DNA from: an uncultured Planctomycetota bacterium
Lineage (GTDB): Bacteria > Planctomycetota > Planctomycetia > Isosphaerales > Isosphaeraceae
Assembly (NCBI GenBank): GCA_963845755.1
Contig: CAWJTV010000031.1
Coordinates: forward strand, 299,835 to 363,834
DNA length: 64,000 nucleotides
Direction: 5' to 3'
Every line of letters begins with the position of its first letter. Within the stretch, counting starts at the first letter, position 1. A program made the translations under genes and the position numbers. The notes beneath the pieces were generated by a model that worked only from the letters and a program-made list of their open reading frames with translations, did not search any database and was not told the origin of the DNA. Below are positions 11,175-21,499 of this stretch, in pieces.

Positions 11175-11927
11175 CTATCGAGGAGTATCGTCCGGGGGGT
11201 TTTCTGCGGGCTCGGATACGACGGTCGGGGACGCCGGGGAATTGACATTCCGAGCGGGATAACCAAAGCCACCTAGCGAGCTGATCACCAGGAAGAGCCA
11301 CAAGACGATCACGGCAAGTCCGGACACGATCCAGAACACTCCCAGGGCCCGGCCCAGTCGATCAACCCAGCTCGGCTCGGCGCACCACCGCCTAACGACG
11401 AGCAAGGTCATCCACGACACCGAGACGGCGAGACCGATCGAGGTGGGTACAAACGGTGCACTATACCCAAGCACAAGATCCCATGTGCTATCCCAGCCGA
11501 TGACCGTCAGCCCGGCCACGAACTGCAATCCAATGAACGCGATCGCCATCATCGTCGCGCACGCGGCCATTATGCCCGGCTGACGCGCCAGCCGGCGGAA
11601 TGGCGGTCGTGGGCCGACCAGGCGAATCGGGATCAATGCCAGAGTCCAGATTAGGACGGGCGGCATCGTGAGGCAGGCAACCAGGATCGCCCTTTCTTCC
11701 AGGACATCCCAGCCCGTCAGGCTCGATTGATAGGGAGGATTCCAGATTTCGGGTAAGGTCTCCCAGGATAAATCTCCAACCAACGCGTGGCAGACCGACT
11801 GCGAGAGTGCACAACCCGCCGCCGTGGCCGCGACCAGGATCATCGCGTCGAGCAGTCGGAACCGCCTTCGAGGCATCACTGGCTTCACGATCGGCCGATC
11901 CGTACTCAACTCCCTCGCATTTCCCAT
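11175..11927 (-). CDS. Hypothetical multi-pass membrane protein
   Basis: 250-aa ORF with several hydrophobic helices; RRFRLLDAMILVAATA start. Confidence 0.7.
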   Translation of the reverse strand: MGNARELSTDRPIVKPVMPRRRFRLLDAMILVAATAAGCALSQSVCHALVGDLSWETLPEIWNPPYQSSLTGWDVLEERAILVACLTMPPVLIWTLALIPIRLVGPRPPFRRLARQPGIMAACATMMAIAFIGLQFVAGLTVIGWDSTWDLVLGYSAPFVPTSIGLAVSVSWMTLLVVRRWCAEPSWVDRLGRALGVFWIVSGLAVIVLWLFLVISSLGGFGYPARNVNSPASPTVVSEPAENPPDDTPR

Positions 11928-12265
11928 CGGGCCCTCCGTTTTCGCACAAGCCTTCGATGTTCCTCATTCCTCCCAAGCCCATCATCGGCGGTCAGTCCCA
12001 AGTCTTTGACCGATCCGTGTCAATCCCATTCGGGCCGGCGTTGAGACGGCCGTTCACTGTTGATCTTAACCGTTTCTGACGGTCTCCGTAAGGATTAGGG
12101 TTACTCATGGCCCTGGAGATGGCGCCGGGAACATTTGCCATGCTCTTTTTTCGAAGACACGTCGTAATAGGGGATGGTGTCCCGCGGCGCAAGCCACTCG
12201 GACGGGGGCACCGGCTCCGGAGAAGAACCGGGGACAACAGGACACCGAGTGAGGAGGACACAACC

Positions 12266-12610
12266 ATGAAGGTGATCGCTCGATCGATGCTCGTGGCCGG
12301 GGTGATCGGAGTTGGTGTGCTGGCACTGGGGACGACGGAAGCCCGTGCCCAGGGGTTCGGGTTCAATTACGCGAGCCCCGGCATGTCGTTCGGGTTCGGG
12401 ACTGGGGGCTATGGCGGGTATTACGGGGGCTATGGCGGCTACCCTTACGGCGGCGCCTACGGACCCTATCCGTACGTGGCCGGACCGGTCCTCGTGCCGG
12501 GGCCGATGGTTGTACCACGGCGGGTGATCGTGCCGGGTCCCGTCGTGGTGCCTCGTGGTTATTACCATGGCGGTGGCCGGTTCCGCGGATACCCGTATTA
12601 TCGCCGTTGA
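12266..12610 (+). CDS. Small secreted Gly/Tyr/Pro-rich protein
   Basis: RBS GAGGAGG, signal peptide ending ARA, GYGGY and VPGP repeats. Confidence 0.7.
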   Translation: MKVIARSMLVAGVIGVGVLALGTTEARAQGFGFNYASPGMSFGFGTGGYGGYYGGYGGYPYGGAYGPYPYVAGPVLVPGPMVVPRRVIVPGPVVVPRGYYHGGGRFRGYPYYRR

Positions 12611-12840
12611 CTTAGCGACCGACCGCGCGGCCTTGCGGTCCGGTGACGCGATGAGTCGCTGCTCCTTGATGGTCCCGGACGCGACGAAGCCATGCAGGCC
12701 GTCGCGTCATCATTCGTTTTGTGGCGGTACCTCCTTCCCACGGACGGCAGCCGCGATCATAATCGGGAAAATGGAGTTTCCTGGAACCACGGTCTGGAGG
12801 CGTAGCCGCCTGCAGGCTGGAAGCGACTGTGAACGTCGTC

Positions 12841-14426
12841 ATGAGCATGCAATACACCCACTCGATCGGGTCAATGAGTGTCCCGGAACCTCGGCTCGTT
12901 TTATGCCGAAAGGGGTGGAATGGTCCACAGGTCCTCGGGTTCGTGATCGGCCTGATCGCGATCCTCGTCAGCAATATTCCTGCGCGTAGCGATACCTCGG
13001 GGCCGGCCGCCCGGCCGATCGGGGCGCGGTCCCGGCGAGTCGAGGGGGTTTTCCTGCTGGGCCAGATCGAGTTCAACGCGCCTGCGCAACTCGTTTCTGG
13101 CGAAACTCAAGGCGAACGAGGGATTCATCCTGTTCGCCGTCGCGGCGCTGGCGGCCATCGTCCATCGCCGGAGAACGGGAGGGCTGCGAGAACAGAAGCG
13201 CGAGCTGATCGCCGCGGTCGAGCGGAGCGCGACCGCGGCCCGCGCGGCCCAACAGGCCAATCAAGCGAAGGACCGCATTCTCGCGGTCCTGAGCCACGAA
13301 CTGCGCACTCCGCTGACGCCTGTCCTCCTCTCGATCCGCTCACTCCTCCAGGAACCGGAAATGCCGACGGAGGTGCGCGAGCACCTCGAGATGATTCGGC
13401 GTAACATCGAGCTCGAGGCCCAACTGCTCGACAACCTCTTCGACGTCTCGCGCATCGAGCGCGGTGTGCTGCGTCTGAATTGGGAATGCGTCGACATCCA
13501 CGAGATCATCCAGCACGCTCTGGAGATCTGTTCCGCCTCGGTGTTCGAAGCGGGCCTGGAAGTCGTCGAAGACTACGGAGCCCAGGATCATCACGTTCAG
13601 GGCGATTCCGCGCGGCTGACTCAGCTCGTCTGGAACCTGGTCCGCAACGCGACCCGGTTCGCACCGACTGGCTCGACGCTCAAGATCCGCTCATTCAACC
13701 TTGAGGACGGATCGGCTCGATCGAGAGCTGGCGCCGGCCTCCTGATCGTCGAGTTCCAGGACACGGGCATCGGCATCGCACCGGAGTATCTCGAGCGGAT
13801 CTTCGACCCGTTCCAGCAAGGGAGCGAAGCGCAACGGGGTCGGGAGAAAGGGTTGGGACTGGGACTGGCGATCAGCCGTGAGGTGGCCGAACTGCATGGA
13901 GGCCGGTTGACGGCCGCCAGTCCAGGCCCGGGCCAGGGTGCGACCTTCCGCCTGGAATTGTCGACGACCGCGCCACGGCAACGGGCGTCGCAACCGATCC
14001 CGCTTGTCGAGTACGGCTCGGCTCCCCGTACGTCGGGCGTGCGGATCCTCCTGATGGAAGATAATTTCGACATACGCCGATACCTCGAGCTGACACTCCG
14101 CGGCCAGGGCTGGGAAGTCCAATCGGTGTCGAGCCTGGAGGCGGCCCGGCAAGCCGTGGCCGAGACCGACTTCGACCTGCTCATCAGCGACATCGAGCTC
14201 CCGGACGGCTCCGGACTGGAACTGATGCGCAGCGTTGAACGCGCGCGGCGTCCCGGGAATCGCGCTGAGCGGCCACGGATCGGAGGACGACTTGCAGCAG
14301 AGTCGGTCGGCCGGTTTCTGCACCCACCTGGTCAAGCCGGTCCTCGCCGCCGCCCTGGGCGAAGCGATCGCGCGCGCCTTGGCCAGCCCGGCGCGGGATG
14401 AACCCCGCACCACGATCCCCGCGTGA
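12841..14426 (+). CDS. Hybrid sensor histidine kinase/response regulator (frameshifts ~13030, ~14245; start uncertain)
   Basis: VLSHELRTPLT, WNLVRNA, DTGIG, GLGLGLA, receiver ILLMEDN...SDIELPDGSG...HLVKPV. Confidence 0.85.
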
Positions 14427-14479
14427 CTCCGCCGGCCACACCGCATGCGGTAAGGGCGTCGGGAAAGAATCGGGAAGAG

Positions 14480-14567
14480 GATTCAATATTCAAGGTTCAA
14501 TGAATGGAAGGCAGGATTTCAACGGAACTTGCGGCCATCTTGAATCGTGAATCATGAATCTTGAATC
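14480..14567. repeat. Inverted heptamer stem-loop (NNTTCAA x3 / NTGAATC x4)
   Basis: GATTCAA-TATTCAA-GGTTCAA at 14480-14500; TTGAATC-GTGAATC-ATGAATC-TTGAATC at 14540-14567. Confidence 0.7.
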
Positions 14568-14664
14568 ATTTTTCCCCAGCCTCTAACGGCCCTGCCGCCC
14601 CGTCCCACCCCGCAGAGGCTCCGAACCCTGGTTTGACCGCCCATTCGCGAAGGCAGCCCGACCC

Positions 14665-15794
14665 ATGATGCACAGGCGAACGACTCCTAGTTTCCCGTTC
14701 CTCGCAGCCTTCGTTCCCCTGGGGATCTTCTTCACCATGACCCAAACCGCCCAGGCTGATGAGCCGCCCCTTGCACTGACGCCGCGCAGGCATCCGCGTT
14801 CGCCCGCCTGGCGCTCAAGGGGTTGAGCAAGGAGTACCCGAACAAGCCCGAGCACGTCGTGGGCGGCCCGCCCGACGTCAAGAACCCGAAAGCCCTCCAT
14901 CCGGCGTTTTACGGATGCTACGACTGGCATTCGTCGGTGCACGGACACTGGATGCTCGCGCGACTGCTTCGCCTGTTCCCCGACCTGCCCGAGGGCAAGG
15001 ACATCCGGGCTGTCTTGAAGGAACACTTCACAGTCGAGAACCTGAAGGCGGAGGTCGACTACTACACGCGCCCGGAGAGCAAGTCGTTCGAACGGCCGTA
15101 CGGCTGGGCGTGGCTCCTCAAGTTGGCCGAGGAGCTGAACGGCTGGGACGACCCGGACGCGAAGACCTGGGCGACGGACATCAAACCGCTGGCGGATGTC
15201 ATCGTCACGCGGTATCTGGAGTTCTTTCCGAAGCAGACGTACCCGATCCGGACCGGGGTGCACCCGAACACGGCGTTCGGGCTGTCGTTCGCCCATGACT
15301 ACGCTCGGTCCACGGGCAACGCCCGACTGAGAGCCCTGGTCGAAGAACGGGCCCGGTCTTACTTCGGCACGGACGCCGACATCCCGGCCGGCTGGGAACC
15401 CGGTGGCGCGGACTTCTTCTCGCCGAGCCTGATGGAGGCGGACCTGTTGCGGCGGGTTCTGCCCCCGGACGAGTTCCGGACCTGGTTCACGCGGTTCCTG
15501 CCGAAGACCGATCAGAGCGAGCCGAAATCGCTGTTCACGCCCGCCACGGTGACCGACCGGACCGACCCCCAACTGGTCCACCTCGACGGACTGAACCTCA
15601 GCCGTGCCTGGAGCATGAGGAGCATCGCGTCGGCATTACCGGCTGGCGACCCGGTTCGGACGGCGCTGACTGTGTCGGCTGCGCGGCACGCCGAATCGGC
15701 ACTCGCGCACGTGGCCAGCGGGAACTACGAAGGCGAGCACTGGCTGGCCTCGTTCGCGGTGTATTTGCTCTCAACACCGTCCCCGGCAGAATGA
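14665..15794 (+). CDS. DUF2891 family protein (frameshift ~14790)
   Basis: EYPNK, HPAFYGCYDWHSSVHGHW, FERPYGWAW, HLDGLNLSRAW, YEGEHWLASFA; signal-like N-terminus in upstream frame. Confidence 0.85.
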
Positions 15795-16103
15795 ACTCAG
15801 ATTTGTTTGTGTTCATCCGGCGCTGGACACGGTTATCCCGGCGCCGACCAGGGACCGCCAACTCCCTTCGGGATGCGATGGAGCGGAAAGCCGATACACG
15901 CACTGGGAAAAGTCCGGCTCAAATCGGCTTCCGCGTTCGGAATGTCCACAGGGCCAGTTCGGAGACCCCATCGGACAGCTTGTTCGTCTCCAGGTCGCGG
16001 ACTCTCAATGACTGCGCATAAGCCAATGACGGAGGGGACGATTGTCGCTCCAGGCCAGGGTGACGATCCTTGTCCCAGCCCGTGGGTGGTCGTTCGGGGG
16101 ACC

Positions 16104-18352
16104 TCAGACTCCTATCTTGACCTTGTAGAACGGCCTGCGTCGCACGATCGTACCATCCCCCATTCGGATGCTGAACCCCTTGTAATGGGTGGGGCTGAGG
16201 TAGATCGCGGACCGATCGAGGCTGACGACGTACTTGCAGCGCGAGCGGTTACTGACCTTGTTGTCGAGTTTCTCCGACCCCATCGGGTACTCGAAATAGG
16301 CGATCCCCATCGGGAGCCAGCCGCGGTTATTGTCGTGCGTACAATAGGGTGAGACCTTCTGTTTGATAATCTTGTCGAGATACTTGGAGTCCAGAGCCGA
16401 CGCTTTGATGACCATCCATCCGTTTTTCTCCTCGGCCTTAGCATCCATCAAAAGGATGTCGTTGCGGTAGTCCGCCGTGGATTCGGGTTGTCTGGCCGGG
16501 TCAACGCTGACGAGGATCTGCGCCGTCAATGTGTCGGCGAGTGGCGACCTGACTTCCCGGATCTTGGTGCGGTGAATTTGACCCTTGAGCACCTTGCGGA
16601 AAAGATCAACCCAGAGGCGTTCATAATTGAGGGCGTCCACGTAAGTGACGTCGAACAGGAGCCCCACGAGATTATCCGGGCCGAGCTTGGTGTGCGTGTG
16701 GACGAGGCGGCCGTCGAAGCCGTGCTCGTCCCAGTACACAACCTTCTGGTCCCACGGCCTACCTCCGACGGCGAATTCGACGTCCCCGACGCCTTCCCAA
16801 GGGCCGATGTTCGCAAAATCGACGGGAAACTGACGCATGGCGAAGATGCCGCTCGCGGCTTCCTCGATAGCCTTCCCGGGGTTCGTGCCGGCATGACCTT
16901 GCTGGAAGGTGCTCTTGAACGCCGCCTCGGCCGTCGACAGGTCTGTCGGGATCAGCCCGAGATCGGCCTCAGCGAGCTTGTAGGGCGCCTTGTGAGCGTC
17001 GGGACGTCCACCAGCCTCGACCCGCTGGATCCCCAGGGCAGTGGCCACCTTTCCATTCAGGACCTTGCAGACATCGATGTATTCCTGGGTGAGTCTGAGC
17101 AGGAGTCCGAGTATGATTTCCTGGAACGGCACGACATTCCCAGCGCCGAGGACGTAGCCCATAAAAGTATGCGCGGTGCTTGTTTATCAATTCGTCGAGC
17201 TCGCTGAGGTTGTCGTAGAGATTCGTGAGGGTCCCTGATATTAAATCCTGCGCGGTTAGAGCCCTATTCCTGTAGATTAGGAAAGATTGGTGGACGTCCG
17301 ACAGCTTTGCCTTGAGCGTACCGACGATCCTGAGGGCGCTGACGAACCTCTCCTGCATCTCGGCCGCCCTCGATGCCCTCTTGGAGGCGACGAGTCTCGA
17401 GTGCAGCGCATTGAGGTCCGCGGGGTCGAGTTCGGCGCGCTGTGCGACCCCGATCGGAGGGTTCTGGGGAGCGGGACAACATACCGATGGCCGGCCGACG
17501 ATCGGCGTCGCGCGGCCGAGAGCAGGACCCGGACGAGCGGTGAGGATCGCACCACGGGATGGCGCAGGACTGGGCAATGACCGGGGTTGCACGACCGGCG
17601 CAGGGGGGACCGTCGCCGCCCTGAGGCCCATCCTCTCGGCCTCGGCCTCCAAGGCGGGATCCTGCACGATCGCAATGCCGGATCCCAGCGGGTTGCGGAC
17701 GCGGCCGGCCCGCTGCTGCACCACGTGAGTCAGCTCATGACCCAGGAGCCGCTGACCTTGCGGGGTCTGCGGATTGTAGTGGCCCGGGGCGAAGTAGAGG
17801 TCGCTGCCATGGGCGAACGCCAGGGCCCCAAGCGATGTCGCCTCGCTCCCCTCGTGGACTCGCACCTGGGAGAAATCGGCTTGGAAGATTGCCTCCATCT
17901 TCTGCCGCACGGCTTCCGGAAGCCTTTGGCCCAGAATCGATGGCTTGAGAGCAAATGTTGCCGGTACGGCGAAAGCATTGTTGACGGATGGTTGCAACGC
18001 CGCGGGCCGGGATGCGGAAGGCAAAGTCGGAACCGGTGGCATTACCGCGTGAGCCGGACGGGCCGTCGCCCCGACGGCCTGTGGCTGGATCGGCGTCGGC
18101 CTTGGTGGCAGGATCGGGCCGGGTGCCCTACCAGGTCGAGGCGGTGTCGCCTTGGGTGGGACAGGCCCGGCGCGGGCGCTGCCAGGGACGCTCGGCGCCA
18201 CGGGTTGCACAATGCCGGGTGACAGGGGCACGAGTCGAACTGACGACCGGGCCGGTCGCCGATGGTCTCGCGGGTTGGACGATCGTCGGCCGTCCTCCTG
18301 GGAAGTAGCCCTGGATGATGCCACCTCCAGGGCGATTGGGACCGGTTATCAT
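16104..18352 (-). CDS. DUF4157 (eCIS core domain) protein with putative C-terminal microbial RNase-like toxin domain (frameshifts ~18230, ~17165; fusion inferred)
   Basis: GGAGG RBS then ATG at 18352; Pro-rich N-terminus; ADFSQVRVH...ALAFAHGSDLYF...LLGHELTHVVQQ; C-terminal HDNNRGWLP...YFEY...IYLSPTHYKGF. Confidence 0.75.
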
Positions 18353-18519
18353 GAATGTCGCCTCCAAGATCCGACTTCTCCCCACGGCGCGCGAACTGAC
18401 GGGGTCCTTCGAAACCAGGCTATCATGGACCAAGCCATCAGGCAACAATTCAGAGACTTTTGGATTTGAGGCGCCCGAGGCCGTATAAACGCAAGGTCAA
18501 CGGCGGTATGAAACCGCCC

Positions 18520-18676
18520 TAACGCGGCGTTCGGCCGCAACCCAATCGGGGATCGAGATTCGAGATTCCCGATCTAGAAATCGTTCCCTTGGGAATCTCG
18601 AATCCGGAATCTCGAATCCGGAATCCCGAATTCCCCAGAGGCGCGCACGGCGCAGAGATCCTGCGGAGGAAAACTC
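18520..18676. repeat. Dispersed non-coding element, copy C
   Basis: TAACGCGGCGTTCGGCCGCA...heptamer stem-loop...CAGAGGCGCGCACGGCGCAGAGATCCTGCGGAGGAAAACTC. Confidence 0.85.
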
Positions 18677-18690
18677 TCGGAACCTCCATA

Positions 18691-18771
18691 ACCACGGATC
18701 ATTCGGAAGGACACGGATGGGAATCAAGAGTGGGTTCCGACCGATCCGTGTCCCTCCGTGTGATCCGTGGT
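18691..18771. repeat. ACCACGGAT/ATCCGTGGT palindromic repeat
   Basis: ACCACGGATCA...GGACACGGAT pairs with ATCCGTGTCC...TGATCCGTGGT. Confidence 0.75.
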
Positions 18772-18806
18772 GATGATCGGCCCTGACAGTGCCGCGCGTC
18801 ACTCCT

Positions 18807-18956
18807 TAACGCGGCCTTCGGCCGCAACCCAAGAGGGATTCGAGATTCCCGATTCCCGATCCCGAAATCGTTCCCTTGGGAATCTCGAATCCGGAATCTC
18901 GAATCCCGGATTCCCCAGAGGCGCGCACGGCGCAGAGATCCTGCGGAGGAAGACTC
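18807..18956. repeat. Dispersed non-coding element, copy D
   Basis: Same ends as copies A-C; interior closest to copy C (shares AAATCGTTCCCTTGGG loop). Confidence 0.85.
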
Positions 18957-19114
18957 TACGCTTTTTCCGAGACTACGCCCGGAAAAAAGGGGCCCCTGTC
19001 GGGCCGTCTTGGCGGAGCCGGCTCCGTCCGGCGATTCCCCTCGAGGGACAGAGCCCCCTCCGACACACGTCTACAACATCGACAACAAATTGTCGATGCG
19101 CGCCCCATAAGGGC

Positions 19115-20365
19115 CTAATGAGCCATCTGGAGGGCCGGAGCTCGTCGTCGGGAGAACGCCAATGGCAGCGACACCAGGCCTCGCAGGCCCAGGCCGGGCC
19201 GATGCTGCACGGCCCGCGGTGGTACGGTCAGCCTGAGGTCAGGGAATCGTCGCAGGAGCGTATTGATGGCGATCTGCCCCTCCAGTCGAGCCAGCGGCGC
19301 ACCGACGCAATAGTGCACCCCCTGGCCGAAAGCCAGATGCCGGTTCGGCTCCCGCGTGATGTCCAGCTCATCGGGGCATTCGAATTGCCGCTCGTCCCGG
19401 TTGGCCGAACCCAGCAGGGCCTGCACCATCTCGCCGGGCGCAATTCTCACGCCGGCGATCGTCAGTTCTTCACGGGCATAGCGCTCACTGGCCATCTGCA
19501 CCGGCGAATCATAGCGCAGCAACTCCTCGACCGCCGGCTTGATCAGGTCGGGGTCGTCCCGCAACCGATCGAGTTGCGCAGGATGCTCCAGCAGGGCCAG
19601 CACGCCGTTGCCGATCAAGTTGAGTGTTGTCTAATGGCCGGCCACCAGCAGCAGGAAGATCATCGCTAGCAGTTCGTCCTCGCTCAACCGCTCGCCGGCT
19701 TCGCGCGCATGGACCAGCGCGCTGACCAGGTCGTCTCGAGGATCCGCCTGCCGGATCTTGACCAGTTTGCGGATGTATCGCAGGAACGCCCACATGGGAG
19801 GCAGCATCGCCAGCATTCCCCAGCTCGACCCCGAGGCCGAGACGAGGGCGTTCGACCAGCGGTGGAACTTGTGCCGGTCCAGGACCGGCACGCCCATCAT
19901 CTCGGCGATGATGGTCGTCGGTAGGGGCAGCGCGTAATCGTGGATCAGGTCCATGCGTCCCCTGGCCTGGACCGCGTCGAGCAGCTCCTCGGTTAGCGAC
20001 TGGATGCGCTCGATCATGTTCCCGACCAGCCGGGGTGTAAATGCCTTGTGAACCAGGCCGCGCAACCGAGTATGGTCGGGCTCGTCCAGGTTGAGCATGG
20101 TGCGGGTGAGCACTTTCATTACACTCGGCATCCAGGGCAACCGGGCGGCCTGTTCCGGCGTCAGCACCTTGTCTCGGTCGTTGCCGAACCGCGCGTCCTT
20201 CAACACGGTGATCGCGTCGTCGTAACGGGTGACGAGCCACGCGAACTGCTTGTCCGGCAACTTCACGCGGAGGACCGGCGACTCGGCACGCCAACGCGCG
20301 TAGGTCGGATACGGGTCGGCCCGCAAGCCCGGGTCCCTCATGTCTACATCCGCGATCGGAATCAT
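19115..20365 (-). pseudogene. Cytochrome P450 with one in-frame TAG at 19631-19633
   Basis: DEPDHTRLR; I-helix LLVAGH*TTLNLIGNG; EELLR; heme motif FGQGVHYCVG; both halves in the same frame. Confidence 0.85.
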
Positions 20366-20566
20366 GACAATGGTCCTTTGAATGACATGGGTCGAATTGA
20401 AATCCAGCTTCCGGCGAGCTCCGATTCCACGAGATGGCTCGAGACTCCTCCGCGAGCATCACCGCGTGCCCACAGACGCGAGACCGTCGCTCGGACGGGA
20501 TGCAGGAGCGTGACAGGTGGCAAGTCAGAAAGGGTTGGCGGTCGGGACCTGGTGATGGGCTCTGTT

Positions 20567-20625
20567 GCGGCGTGGATGCAAACCATCGTCTCCCCAGATC
20601 GGTTGATGGGTTGCACCCACCCTAC
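20567..20625. repeat. Degenerate GTAG-type REP doublet
   Basis: 20605-20625 reverse-complements to GTAGGGTGGGTGCAACCCATC, related to the 9101 REP; left arm decayed. Confidence 0.6.
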
Positions 20626-21256
20626 GAACTCGGTGACGCGGGTTTTTCTTCAGTCTCGGCCCTTGACCCAAAATGTTTATCCACACGCCACTCGGCACGT
20701 GTCACCTGCCACTCCCGAGAACTCACGTGCGGCGTCGGGGATTTCTAATTCATTGAATCGGACGAACTGGCCGTTCGGTTCACAGTTTTTTTGGAAACCC
20801 AAAAAATTTTATTTTAGAGCTATCAAGACGGGATTTGGGCACACGATACTGAAAGTAGGTGTCGTCACTACGTTGTGGTAAGGTCTCCCCTCCTCGCCAC
20901 CTGACCGACTGACGATCGCCCGTCGGGAGACGAAGGTCCTGTTCACGGCGGCGCCTGAGGAGACGCGCCCAACCGTCGCCCGCTCGAACTCGAGAGGTCG
21001 TGGCCGGCACGTTTCCCCGTGGGTCCTGAACGACGGCGATCGAGCTCCGCCTCTGTCAATTAAGAATCCAAAAAAGTTTATGCAACTGAGATCGATGATC
21101 GTCGGATCATACCAGTGGTGCCTTGCGCGCTTTGAGATTTCATCCGGAGTCACGGCGAATCGGATCGACCTCTGGAACGGCCAAACCGATGGTCGAAGGC
21201 CGGTCAGACGAAACCCGATTGAGAGGAGAGCCTACCCATGAACGCATTCAAAACGC

Positions 21257-21357
21257 ACGAAACGAACCCAGAATCCGGGTCGAACATCCCGCCGAATCGA
21301 CGAAACGAAGCCAGATTTGGGGCAGACACCGCCCGAAATCGACGAAACGAACCCAGA
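21257..21357 (+). repeat. Three spaced copies of ACGAAACGAA(C/G)CCAGA
   Basis: Copies at 21257, 21300 and 21342 (periods 43 and 42 bp). Confidence 0.7.
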
Positions 21358-21499
21358 AACCGGCTCCTCAATCGCCAATGATTGCATTTTTTCTGAGAAA
21401 TGTTTAACTCGGCCATGAGGAGTGTTGCGGCGATCCGGTTAAGATGTCAGGGAGCGATAGGTGCGCGCGATGAGCCGACGGTCGTGGAGTGGACGAACG

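Noticed and set aside
15795..16103. Immunity gene downstream of the putative RNase toxin
   Set aside because: No co-oriented ORF with RBS or barstar-like sequence
19077..19098. Palindrome CATCGACAA-caaa-TTGTCGATG
   Set aside because: Single copy; cannot tell terminator from operator or chance
19631..19633. Pyrrolysine or amber recoding in the P450
   Set aside because: Single case, no pyl genes in view, TAG is used as a normal stop elsewhere, and Glu is expected at this position
20812..20823. TTTTAGAGCTAT resembling a type II CRISPR repeat start
   Set aside because: Single short match with no array and no cas9
21257..21357. Mini-CRISPR
   Set aside because: Repeat is only 16 bp, spacers resemble each other, and no cas genes are present
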